NCBI GenBank assembly: GCA_044229975.1
Contig: JBGARZ010000001.1
Span: 576,001-640,000, forward strand
Length of the DNA: 64,000 bases
Source: Polyangiales bacterium
GTDB lineage: Bacteria; Myxococcota_A; Polyangia; Polyangiales; Ga0077539
Reading direction: 5' to 3'
In this document: positions 53,795 to 63,167 of the stretch, in pieces
Layout: each line of letters begins with the position of its first letter
Numbering within the stretch: the stretch's first letter is position 1
The notes under the pieces: generated by a model
Seen by the model: only the letters and a program-made list of their open reading frames with translations
Told to the model about the DNA's origin: nothing
Database searches by the model: none
Made by a program: the position numbers and the translations under genes

Positions 53795-54265
53795 CTACCG
53801 CAGCGGTTGGGCGACGGCGGCAGCGCGGCGGAGGCGCGAGCGGACGACCTCCTGGCCCGACCATGTCCAGTCCATGGAATCGGCGTCGCAGCGGGCGTCG
53901 ATGCGGCCCGCGGGCGCGCAGGTGCCGGGGTTGTGCGTGTAGACCTCGGTCCAGGTGACGACGAGGCCGTTGCGGCGACAGTTCACGAGGTAGCCGCCGC
54001 AGCCGAGCGACGGGTACTCGATGGTCCCGCAGCGGGCGCCCTCCTCGGACGTGACGACCATGTCGATGCTCCACGGGCTGCCGCTGCTACCGCTCCCCGT
54101 CCCCTGCCAGCGTCCCAGGCACGACGGACCGGGCGCAGGCGTCGGCACCACGGGCGGCGCGGGCGGCGGCGGCGAGTTGATGGGCGCAACCGGCCGGTCG
54201 GCGAAGGCCACCGCCGGGACGACGAGCAGGACGAGCAGGGCGAGCGGTCGACGCGGGTGGTTCAT
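53795..54265 (-). CDS. Hypothetical secreted protein
   Basis: Signal AFA-D, Pro linker, GRWQG..IEYPSLGCGG.L. Confidence 0.6.
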   Translation of the reverse strand: MNHPRRPLALLVLLVVPAVAFADRPVAPINSPPPPAPPVVPTPAPGPSCLGRWQGTGSGSSGSPWSIDMVVTSEEGARCGTIEYPSLGCGGYLVNCRRNGLVVTWTEVYTHNPGTCAPAGRIDARCDADSMDWTWSGQEVVRSRLRRAAAVAQPLR

Positions 54266-54454
54266 GGCACCGCGAGTGTACGGCCGAAGGGCCCGGCAGA
54301 ATGTACTGGCGCGGCTTCGTAGCCACGCAGAAGGCCATCGGATTGGCGCTTGTGCTTCGTCAGGGGTGCCGTCGACTATTCAGCCTCCACCGGTTGAGAC
54401 GCGTCGGGTGAGCCGGGCAGCGTCTCCGCGGGTGCACCAGCAGGAGGCGAATAG

Positions 54455-56956
54455 ATGGAGACGAAGCAACGCGCTCAACGATGGGTCGCGGTCGTGTCGG
54501 TTGTCGGGTTCGCGATGGCGTGCAACCCCGACCCGGTGGCGACCCCGACGGACGTTCCCGCCGCCGACGGAGGCGGTGGCGACACCGGCGGCGACACGGG
54601 GACCGTGGACGATCAGGGCACCGCGGAGGACAGACCCGCCGTCGACACCGGCGGGTTCGACGCCCCGTCGCAGGACATCGGAGGAGGCCCGGACGTCGTC
54701 GTCGACATGGACTCGTCCATCGACGCGGGCGGAGGCAGCGACGCGACGGACATCGACGCGCCCGACGTCCTGACCTGCGGCGCCGACCTCACCGCGTGCG
54801 GCGCCACGTGCGTCGACACCCGCTCCAGCAGCGCCAACTGCGGCGCGTGCGGCACCGCCTGTACCGGCGGCACGAGCTGTACCGCCGGGACCTGCACCTG
54901 CCCCGCGGGCCAGGTCTCGTGCAGCGGAACCTGCGTCGACACCACCAGCAGCGCCACCAACTGCGGCGCGTGCGGCACCGCGTGCGCCGCCGGGCAGGTG
55001 TGCTCGGCGGGCGTCTGCGGAAGCTCCTGCGGCGCCGGGCTGATCTCGTGCGGCGGCGCGTGCGTCGACACCCAGTCGAACAACGCCCACTGCGGCGGCT
55101 GCGGCGTCGCCTGCACCGGCGGCACGACCTGCGTCTCGGGCGGATGCGCCTGCCCGAGCGGACTCACCCGCTGCGGTGACGCGTGCGTCGACACGCGCAG
55201 CGCCGCGGCCAACTGCGGTACCTGCGGCACGGCTTGCTCCGCGGGCCAGGTGTGCTCGGCGGGCGTGTGCGCCACGAGCTGCGCGACCGGCACCACCAAC
55301 TGCTCCGGCGCGTGCGTCGACACGACCTCCAGCGCCACCAACTGCGGCGCGTGCGGCGTCTCGTGCACCGGCGGCACCGCGTGCGTCGCGGGCGCCTGCG
55401 CCTGCCCGGCGGGCCAGAGCCTCTGCGGCGGCGTGTGCACTGCGACCTCGACCGACTCGCGCAACTGCGGCGCGTGCGGCCGGGCGTGCAGCGTCGGCCA
55501 GGCGTGCGCGGCGGGGAGCTGCGTCGTCGAGTGCCCGGCCGGGACCACCAACTGCGGCGGCGTCTGCTTCGACCTCGGCACCAGCGCGGGCAACTGCGGC
55601 GCGTGCGGCGTAGCCTGCACCGGCGGGCGCACCTGCACCGGCGGGAGCTGCGTCTGCGCGGCGGGCCTCACGAGCTGCTCGGGCGCCTGCGCCAACACCC
55701 AGACCGACGGCGCCAACTGCGGCGCCTGCGGGCGCACCTGCGGCGCGAGCCAGCTCTGCTCGGCGGGCGTCTGCACGCTCGTCTGCGCAGCGGGCACCAC
55801 CAACTGCGGCGGGTCGTGCGTCAACCAGCAGACCGACAGCGCCAACTGCGGCGCGTGCGGGGCGGCGTGCACCGGCGGCCAGGTCTGCACCGCGGGCGCC
55901 TGCGGGTGCCCGACGGGTCAGCTCCTCTGCGGCGGCGTCTGCATCAACCCGCAGACCAACAACACCAACTGCGGCATCTGCGGAAACCTCTGCGCGGGCG
56001 CCACGACGTGCACGGCGGGCGTCTGCGCGTGCCCGACCGGCCAGGGCCTCTGCGGCGGCGCGTGCACCGACCTGACCAACAGCCGCACCAACTGCGGCGC
56101 CTGCGGGCGCAACTGCATGGGCGGTCAGGTCTGCAACGCGGGCGTCTGCGGCGCGACCTGCGCCACGGGGCTCACCAACTGCAACGGCAACTGCATCAAC
56201 ACGCAGACCAGCACCGCCAACTGCGGCGCCTGCAACCGCGCCTGCGGCGGCACGGCGACCTGCGCGGCGGGCGCCTGCACCTGCGCGACGGGGCAGAACT
56301 ACTGCGCGGGCGGCGGCGGTGGTGGCGGCGGCGGCGCGGGCTGCTTCGACCTCCAGAGCAACTCGCTCCACTGCGGCACCTGCGCGACCACCTGCACTGG
56401 AGGAACGGTCTGCACGGCGGGCGTCTGCGCGTGCCCGGCCGGCCAGACGCGCTGCGGGGCGACCTGCGTCAACACGCAGACCAGCAACACCAACTGCGGC
56501 GCCTGCGGCCGCACCTGCGGGACGGGTCAGACCTGCACCGCGGGCGTGTGCGTGTGCCCGACGGGCAACACGATGTGCGGCTCGGCGTGCGTCAACCTCC
56601 AGACGTCGAGCACCAACTGCGGCCTGTGCGGCAACACCTGCGCGGGCGGCACGGCGTGCTCGGCGGGGCGCTGCACCTGCCCGGCTGGCCAGATGCTCTG
56701 CGGCTCGGCGTGCGTCAACACCACGACCAGCACCGCCAACTGCGGCGCCTGCGGGCGCACCTGCGGCGACGGCCAGGTCTGCACCGCGGGCGCCTGCGCC
56801 TGCGCCACGGGCGGCATCACGGGCAGCCTCACCAACTGCGGCGCCGATGGTGGTGCTCTGGCCTGCTTCAACCTCAACTTCAGCAACTCCAACTGCGGGG
56901 CGTGCGGTCGCGCCTGCGCCGCTGGCCAGCGCTGCCTCCTCGGCGTCTGCCGCTGA
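54455..56956 (+). CDS. Lipoprotein of 17 tandem Cys-rich (Stig1/MXAN_6577-like) repeats
   Basis: Lipobox AMAC; 17 x C..CVD....[N/H]CGxC..C..G..C..G.C. Confidence 0.85.
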   Translation: METKQRAQRWVAVVSVVGFAMACNPDPVATPTDVPAADGGGGDTGGDTGTVDDQGTAEDRPAVDTGGFDAPSQDIGGGPDVVVDMDSSIDAGGGSDATDIDAPDVLTCGADLTACGATCVDTRSSSANCGACGTACTGGTSCTAGTCTCPAGQVSCSGTCVDTTSSATNCGACGTACAAGQVCSAGVCGSSCGAGLISCGGACVDTQSNNAHCGGCGVACTGGTTCVSGGCACPSGLTRCGDACVDTRSAAANCGTCGTACSAGQVCSAGVCATSCATGTTNCSGACVDTTSSATNCGACGVSCTGGTACVAGACACPAGQSLCGGVCTATSTDSRNCGACGRACSVGQACAAGSCVVECPAGTTNCGGVCFDLGTSAGNCGACGVACTGGRTCTGGSCVCAAGLTSCSGACANTQTDGANCGACGRTCGASQLCSAGVCTLVCAAGTTNCGGSCVNQQTDSANCGACGAACTGGQVCTAGACGCPTGQLLCGGVCINPQTNNTNCGICGNLCAGATTCTAGVCACPTGQGLCGGACTDLTNSRTNCGACGRNCMGGQVCNAGVCGATCATGLTNCNGNCINTQTSTANCGACNRACGGTATCAAGACTCATGQNYCAGGGGGGGGGAGCFDLQSNSLHCGTCATTCTGGTVCTAGVCACPAGQTRCGATCVNTQTSNTNCGACGRTCGTGQTCTAGVCVCPTGNTMCGSACVNLQTSSTNCGLCGNTCAGGTACSAGRCTCPAGQMLCGSACVNTTTSTANCGACGRTCGDGQVCTAGACACATGGITGSLTNCGADGGALACFNLNFSNSNCGACGRACAAGQRCLLGVCR

Positions 56957-57030
56957 GACCCTGAAGCCTCGCAACGGTGCGGCGGCGCTACTCCCTCCCT
57001 CCGGGCGGGAGGAGTATCGTCGCCGCCATC

Positions 57031-58596
57031 ATGCTGACCCGACGAGACCTGTTGAGCGGAGTGGGCGCCTCGGTGGCCTTGGGTACGGTGACCGCGGGCT
57101 GCGGCGGCGACGGCGACCCGGCTCCGGCGTCCATCGACGTGGACTTCCTCCATGGCGTCGCGAGCGGCGACCCGATGCCCGACAAGGTCATCCTCTGGAC
57201 CCGGGTCACGCCGCGCGCCGGAGCGTCAGGCACCGCGGTGGTGCGCTGGGAGGTCTCGCGCACGCTCGACTTCGCGGCGCTCGTCGCGTCGGGGTCGTTC
57301 AGCACCACGGCCGAGCGCGACTACACCGTCAAGGTCGACGCGAGCGGCCTGCCCGCCGGCACGACGCTCTACTACCGCTTCAGCGTCAACGCGACGCGCT
57401 CACCCATCGGCCGCACCCGCACCGCGGCGTCGGGCGCGCTCGATCGGCTGCGGCTCGCGCTCGTGTCGTGCTCCAGCTACGCGCACGGGTATTTCCACGT
57501 CTACCGCGACGTCGCGGAGATCGCCGACCTCGACGCGGTCGTCCACCTCGGCGACTACATCTACGAGTTCCAGAACTTCCTCTACGGCAACGTCCGCACG
57601 TACGACCCGCCCGAGGCGGTGTACACGCTCGCGGGCTACCGTCGACGGCACGCGTACTACAAGCGCGACGCGGACGTGCGGGCGCTCCACCAGCAGCACC
57701 CGATGATCGCGGTCTGGGACGACCACGAGTTCGCCAACAACACGTGGATGACGGGCGCGGACAACCACTCCGAGGAGTTCGAGGGCGCGTGGGCGACGCG
57801 CAAGGCCGCCGCGCAGAAGGCGTACTTCGAGTGGATGCCCATCCGCGAGCAGGCCAACGGCGCCATCTGGCGCAAGCTCTCCTTCGGCAACCTCGTCGAC
57901 CTGATGATGCTCGACACGCGCGTCTGGGCGCGCAGCATGCAGATGGTCGAGCCCGTCGTAAACGACGCGCAGCGCACCCTCCTCGGCAACGACCAGGAGC
58001 AGTGGCTGCTCAACGCGGTGATGACCTCGACCGCGCGCTGGAAGCTCCTCGGTCAGCAGGTGGCCATGGGCCCCATCCACCCGTACCCCAACCCCGATGC
58101 GTGGGAGGGGTACGCCACGGCGCGCACGCGCTTCCTCCAGGCGCTCGCGACGATGCGCGCGTCCAACGTGGCGGTGCTCACGGGCGATATCCATTCGTCG
58201 TGGGCGATGGACGTCGCCATCGACCCGTTCACGCCGTCGGCCTACGACCCGGCGACGGGGCGCGGATCGCTCGGGGTGGAGTTCATCACGCCGGCCGTGA
58301 CGTCACCGGGCGACGAGCCCGACGCGGTGGCCGCCACCATCGTCGCGCAAAACCCCCACATGCGGTACGCCGAGCCGGGCCTGCGCGGGTATGTGCTGCT
58401 CGACTGCACGCCCGAGCGCGCGCACGGCTCCTGGTACCACCTCGCGGCGGGCAGCATCGAGCGACGCGAGCGCCAGCGAACGACCTTCAGCAGCGCATGG
58501 ATGACGCTCAACGACGCCAACCATCTCGTCGCGGGCGGCGATGCTCCAGCGCCTCGGGCCAACGCGGCGGCGCTGGTTCCGTTCGAGCCGGCGTGA
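57031..58596 (+). CDS. phoD: Alkaline phosphatase D
   Basis: Tat signal TRRDLL; HGVASGDP, HLGDYIYE, WDDHE, LDTR, TGDIH. Confidence 0.93.
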   Translation: MLTRRDLLSGVGASVALGTVTAGCGGDGDPAPASIDVDFLHGVASGDPMPDKVILWTRVTPRAGASGTAVVRWEVSRTLDFAALVASGSFSTTAERDYTVKVDASGLPAGTTLYYRFSVNATRSPIGRTRTAASGALDRLRLALVSCSSYAHGYFHVYRDVAEIADLDAVVHLGDYIYEFQNFLYGNVRTYDPPEAVYTLAGYRRRHAYYKRDADVRALHQQHPMIAVWDDHEFANNTWMTGADNHSEEFEGAWATRKAAAQKAYFEWMPIREQANGAIWRKLSFGNLVDLMMLDTRVWARSMQMVEPVVNDAQRTLLGNDQEQWLLNAVMTSTARWKLLGQQVAMGPIHPYPNPDAWEGYATARTRFLQALATMRASNVAVLTGDIHSSWAMDVAIDPFTPSAYDPATGRGSLGVEFITPAVTSPGDEPDAVAATIVAQNPHMRYAEPGLRGYVLLDCTPERAHGSWYHLAAGSIERRERQRTTFSSAWMTLNDANHLVAGGDAPAPRANAAALVPFEPA

Positions 58597-59345
58597 GCGA
58601 GCGGCCGCACCTGTCGCTGGTGATCCCGGCCTTCAACGAGGCCCGGCGGCTGCCGGCGACGATGCGCCGCATCGCGGAGTACGGCGACGGCTTCGGGTGC
58701 TCGGTCGAGGTGCTCGTGGTGGTCGAGCGCAGCACCGATGACACGCTCGCGCTGGCGCGAGACGTGGCGAAGAGCGCCCGGTGCTTCGAGGTGATCGACA
58801 ACGAGGTGCAGCGGGGCAAGGGGTACGCGGTGCGCTCGGGCGTGCTGCGCGCGCGGGGCGAGCACGTGCTCTACATGGACGCCGATTTGAGTGTTCCGCT
58901 GGAGGACGTGGTGGCCTTCGTGGAGCACTTCGGCGCGCACCCCGAGGTGGACGTGCTGGTGGGCAACCGGCAGCACGCGCAGAGCCACATCGTGCGGCGG
59001 CAGTCGTGGCTGCGCGAGCGCATGGGGCGGACCTTCAACCGGGCGCTGCGGTCGCTGTCGCTGCTGGATCTGCGCGACACGCAGTGCGGGTTCAAGGCCT
59101 TTCGCGCGGGCGCGGCGCGGCGGATCTTCTCGCGGCAGCGGCTCGACGGCTTTGCCTTCGACGTGGAGGTGCTGCTGCTGGCCGAAGCGCTGGGGCACCG
59201 GGTGGGTGACCTGCCGGTGCGCTGGGTGAACTCGCCCGAGTCGAAGGTGGGGATGCTGCGCGACAGCGCGCGGATGCTGGCGGACGCAGTGCGGGTGCGA
59301 CGCCTGGTGGCGGAGACGATGCGGGCGCGACCGGCGGAGGAGTGA
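58593..59345 (+). CDS. GT2 polyprenyl-phosphate glycosyltransferase (dolichyl-P beta-glucosyltransferase-like)
   Basis: VIPAFNE, GKGYAV, MDADLS, DTQCGFK, FAFDVE; GTGA-coupled to phoD. Confidence 0.9.
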   Translation: MSERPHLSLVIPAFNEARRLPATMRRIAEYGDGFGCSVEVLVVVERSTDDTLALARDVAKSARCFEVIDNEVQRGKGYAVRSGVLRARGEHVLYMDADLSVPLEDVVAFVEHFGAHPEVDVLVGNRQHAQSHIVRRQSWLRERMGRTFNRALRSLSLLDLRDTQCGFKAFRAGAARRIFSRQRLDGFAFDVEVLLLAEALGHRVGDLPVRWVNSPESKVGMLRDSARMLADAVRVRRLVAETMRARPAEE

Positions 59346-59400
59346 GCGGGGATTCGATCCCCTGTGCGCGTCGCGAATCCCTTGGTAGCGTGCGCGCATC

Positions 59401-59910
59401 ATGGCGAACCCCACCGCACTCCTCGAGACGTCCCTCGGCAACATCAGGGTCGAACTCTTCGTCGACCAGATGCCCATCACGGCCGGCAACTTCGTGAAGC
59501 TCGCGAAGTCCGGCTTCTACGATGGCCTGCACTTCCACCGCGTGATCAACGCCTTCATGCTCCAGTTCGGCTGCCCGTACAGCAAGGACCCCAAGAGCGG
59601 TCGCGCGGGTACCGGCGACGGCCCCGACGGCAACATCAAGGACGAGTTCGCCGCGAAGCTCTCCAACGAGGTCGGCACGCTCTCCATGGCGAACACCGGC
59701 GCCCCCAACAGCGGGTCGAGCCAGTTCTTCATCAACACCAAGCACAACGCCTTCCTCGACTGGTTTTCGCCCGGCGCGTCGAAGCACCCGGTGTTCGGCA
59801 AGGTCATCGAGGGCATGGACGTCGTGAAGAAGATCGAGACGACCCCGACCGACGCCAACGACCGCCCGCGCACCCCGGTGCAGATGATCCGCGTGACCGT
59901 CCAGGAGTGA
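59401..59910 (+). CDS. Cyclophilin-type peptidyl-prolyl isomerase
   Basis: [31 protein letters not shown]. Confidence 0.95.
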   Translation: MANPTALLETSLGNIRVELFVDQMPITAGNFVKLAKSGFYDGLHFHRVINAFMLQFGCPYSKDPKSGRAGTGDGPDGNIKDEFAAKLSNEVGTLSMANTGAPNSGSSQFFINTKHNAFLDWFSPGASKHPVFGKVIEGMDVVKKIETTPTDANDRPRTPVQMIRVTVQE

Positions 59911-59992
59911 GCCGCGCCGCGCATTCGACGCGGCGAACGCCGACCGTCTGAAGGGTTGCGTCCCTCCCTCGCAAATGGGGGGGTGAGGTGCC

Positions 59993-60300
59993 ATGCAACG
60001 ACCCCCGATGACGCGACACCGCGTCGGCCTCGCGACCTTAGTTCTTGCCGGATGCGTCAACTCAGCCACCATCACCAGCTCGCGCGACGCGTCGCCTGAC
60101 GCCGGCGTCGGCCTCTCCGATGTCTTCGTCGACGCGGGGCTGCCGTCACGCGACGCTTCGACCACCGACCAACCAGTGTTCGTCGTCACCGACGGGGTCG
60201 TCGTTGTCAGCGACGCCCGACCCGCCGTCGACGCGTCGTCACCCGATGCCATCGCGACGTGCGCGGGCGTCCGTTGCGCCGCGGGTGAGTCGTGGGCGCC
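59993..60300 (+). pseudogene. Probable truncated lipoprotein
   Basis: Lipobox LAGC, DA linker, start of Cys domain (CAGVRCAAGES), then runs into the convergent gene. Confidence 0.4.
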
Positions 60301-60341
60301 TGCCCATAGGCGCGTTGGATCAGTGCCGCGTCATGGTGTCC

Positions 60342-61127
60342 CTACAAACCGAATAACTTTTCGAGGAACTCGCTGACGGCGACGATGCGCGGGAGCTTGA
60401 GCGTGTCGCCCTTGAGCCAACGGTTGTCCTGGATGGACACCTGCACCGCCTTGCCGGGCCTCAGCACGTTGGCGACACACGCAACCATCGCCTTCTTGGG
60501 ACCAGCTGGCGCCCCGAAGGCTTTTCGATCATCACGATCGAACGCCGGGCCTTCGAGAGACACGCCCTCCACGTACGATCGTGCGCCCGCGAGGAGTGCC
60601 GGGTAGGTCACCTCAGCAGCTTCGATCAGCAAGTCTTCCAGCGTGCCCGCGGACGTGTTGTCGGGGAGCACGAAGACTCCGCACCGAGGAGAGCTCATCG
60701 ACACGTTGCCTGACACATCGGGAAGGGTCAGGCCGAGCGCTGCGAGGCCACCCCGGATGGCGGCAAACCGCGTGGTCGGCAACGCGTCGCCGTCGGCGTC
60801 GAGCAGAACGCCCACACCGCCAAGATCGGCCATGCCGTTCGGTAGCAAGGCGAGACTCTCTTCCACGGTGCCAACGAGGCGCGTATCGCCAACGGCTGCC
60901 TGCACCGCGATCGAGTGCGTGCCACTCGCGAAGAACACGGGGACAGGCATGCGCTTGAGAAGATCCTCACCGTCCGACGGGAAGTTCCGCGGCACGAGAG
61001 GCAACCAGAAAGGGTCGAGCGCTGACAGGGTCTTGATCCGAGCCAGGCCGAATGGCTTCAGCAGACGGCCGACGAACTCGACGTCGTGCGGACCTTCGAC
61101 GACAAGGTAGCTGCGGTTCGTCGTCAC
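60342..61127 (-). CDS. DUF3226/TOPRIM-like protein
   Basis: LVVEGPHD (TOPRIM Glu), GVLLDADG (DxD), LPDN..GTLEDLL; GTGA-coupled to ATPase. Confidence 0.8.
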   Translation of the reverse strand: MTTNRSYLVVEGPHDVEFVGRLLKPFGLARIKTLSALDPFWLPLVPRNFPSDGEDLLKRMPVPVFFASGTHSIAVQAAVGDTRLVGTVEESLALLPNGMADLGGVGVLLDADGDALPTTRFAAIRGGLAALGLTLPDVSGNVSMSSPRCGVFVLPDNTSAGTLEDLLIEAAEVTYPALLAGARSYVEGVSLEGPAFDRDDRKAFGAPAGPKKAMVACVANVLRPGKAVQVSIQDNRWLKGDTLKLPRIVAVSEFLEKLFGL

Positions 61128-62242
61128 CGAACGTCGAGGCCCCGCTCGTGGCGGAGGCGATAGAGCATGTCGCCGCCATAGCGCTTCACGGTGCCGGAGC
61201 GACCGACCACGCCGAGGTGATACCCAGCGATCTGGTCCCGGTGCCCGTCGCCCGCCTTGAGCACGGCGTCGAGAGCTTCGAGACTGTGGGTCGTGGCGAA
61301 GAGCTGCACGTCGTACTCGTGACACGCCTCGACGAGCCACCCGAACACCCCGCCGAGCGCCGAGACGTGGATCGCCGTCTCGAGTTCATCAATCAGCAAC
61401 ACACCACCGCGCAATGGAGGGAGCGTGAGCGCATACATGAGCGCGCGGCGTACCCCGTCGCCGAAGGCTGAGATCGGCACGAGGCCCTGCGTGGCATGAC
61501 GCAGGTACAGGCGCGGCTGCGTGCCCGTTGGAGAGAGGATCACGAGGTCGCGGATGTTGTCGTCGACGCGCCGAATGAGGTCGATGACCGCCGGCTTGAA
61601 GTCGCCGAAGTGGGCTTCGGAGAGCTGCTGAAGCTGCAAGCGCTCGATGCGGTGCGAGAACGGGGTGACGGTCGCGCTGGGCAACGAGGGGTGCTTCGCC
61701 CCCCGCTGCCGGGTGATGAACTCGTCCTCCCAGAACTGGAAGGTCTCGTGCTCCTCACCAACGAGATTGATCGGCAGACCCTCCGCGGAGAGCGACAGCA
61801 ACAAGCCACGTTGCGGCGCAAGGAACATCTCAAATTCGGGTTGTTGTCCTATCCTCAGGGGCACCTGTGACGCCCTCCGAGGCGCGCCTTCATTCTCTTC
61901 GAGCAAGCCCCTCGAAGCTCGAACGGGGAAACTGCCAGTCCCCAGGACCTCGGTCCGGAACACCTGGGTGCCCCTCGCCTCGTCTTCATCGACGAGTTGA
62001 GGGAACATCCACTTGAGCGACTCCAATCGCGTGCCACGAGCGGACCCGACCTCGCGACGCCACGCGGTCGTCGCCCACTCCAACGGATCCAACGGCCGAC
62101 AGAAGGTCGCGACCGCCTCCAACACGCTCGTCTTGCCCGAGTTGTTCGCCCCCACCAACAGATTGACGCGAGCGAGACGCGCCAGCTCAACGTCCCGAAG
62201 GCCCCGAAACGCACGGATCGTCAACGACTCCAACGCGTTCAC
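61124..62242 (-). CDS. ABC/AAA_21-type ATPase
   Basis: FRGL, GANNSGKTS, FGDG, LLIDELETAIH, TTHS. Confidence 0.9.
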   Translation of the reverse strand: MNALESLTIRAFRGLRDVELARLARVNLLVGANNSGKTSVLEAVATFCRPLDPLEWATTAWRREVGSARGTRLESLKWMFPQLVDEDEARGTQVFRTEVLGTGSFPVRASRGLLEENEGAPRRASQVPLRIGQQPEFEMFLAPQRGLLLSLSAEGLPINLVGEEHETFQFWEDEFITRQRGAKHPSLPSATVTPFSHRIERLQLQQLSEAHFGDFKPAVIDLIRRVDDNIRDLVILSPTGTQPRLYLRHATQGLVPISAFGDGVRRALMYALTLPPLRGGVLLIDELETAIHVSALGGVFGWLVEACHEYDVQLFATTHSLEALDAVLKAGDGHRDQIAGYHLGVVGRSGTVKRYGGDMLYRLRHERGLDVR

Positions 62243-62345
62243 GTTGACCTCATCAGAGGACTCGCTCCGTTCGTGTGCCCGGTTCTCATCGCCGCAACGA
62301 CTGTACTACCGCTCGTCGCGCCACCGCGCGCACTTCAGTCCGACG

Positions 62346-63167
62346 TCACCGCCCAGCGAGCAGCGCCTGCACCCGACGACCCTCGTCGGTCAGCGCCCGC
62401 TTCGGCCCGCCTTCCTCCACGAACAACCCCTCCAGCGGCCCGATGAACACCGCGTCGAACCCGCCGCCGAGCGCGTCGTCGTTGACCGACTCGCAGCGCC
62501 CGAAGCGCGGCCCCTCACTCGCGCGATCGTTGAGATCGGTCTCGATCGCGTCGAGCCCCGCCTCGGCCAGCGCGGCCCTGAACTCCGCCTGCGTCCCCGT
62601 CGTCACCAGCGTCCCCGGTCGCGCCGCGCGCACCGCGTCCGCGCTCGCCCGCAGGAAGCCCGCCAGCGCGGGCCACGTCACCCCGTCGCCGATGAGCGCC
62701 TCGGGCGCGTGCATCAGCTCCACCGCCAGCGTCACGTCCGCGCTCAGCGCCCGCGCGATGGGCGCCGCGACCCGCTCCGCGAAGCGCTCCGGCGCCGCCA
62801 CCAGCTCGCGATAGAACGCCCGGTCTTCCGCCCCGTCGGCGTTGCCGTCGAGCAGCGTCCACACCACGCGCAGCCCCGTGAGCCGCGCGCCGTCCTCCAC
62901 GGCCTTCACCGCGTCGAGCAGCGCCGGGTGAACGCCCTCCACCGCACCATCGCGCGTGACGATGCCTTCGCCCGCTTCGCACAGCCACACGCGCACGGCC
63001 TCGAAGCCCAGCTCGCGCGCCTCGACCAGCGCGCCGTACGCCTTGAAGGCGTCGAAGTCCGACGGCCACCCGTCGCGTCGCTCGTTGGGCGCCATGTCGT
63101 GCCCGTAGGCGCCTGCAAACCACGGGAGCTCGACGCCCATCAACGGTCGGTTGGTCTGGTCAGTCAT
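62346..63167 (-). CDS. Glycoside hydrolase (GH5-like TIM barrel) protein, possibly inactive
   Basis: GVELPW..YGHD, GFEAVRVWL, VELMHAPE. Confidence 0.55.
   Translation of the reverse strand: MTDQTNRPLMGVELPWFAGAYGHDMAPNERRDGWPSDFDAFKAYGALVEARELGFEAVRVWLCEAGEGIVTRDGAVEGVHPALLDAVKAVEDGARLTGLRVVWTLLDGNADGAEDRAFYRELVAAPERFAERVAAPIARALSADVTLAVELMHAPEALIGDGVTWPALAGFLRASADAVRAARPGTLVTTGTQAEFRAALAEAGLDAIETDLNDRASEGPRFGRCESVNDDALGGGFDAVFIGPLEGLFVEEGGPKRALTDEGRRVQALLAGR

Noticed and set aside
59345..59400. tRNA-like GGGGATTCGATCCCC / att site
   Set aside because: No cloverleaf can be built; only a short inverted repeat (GGGATTCG...CGAATCCC, 59349-59381)
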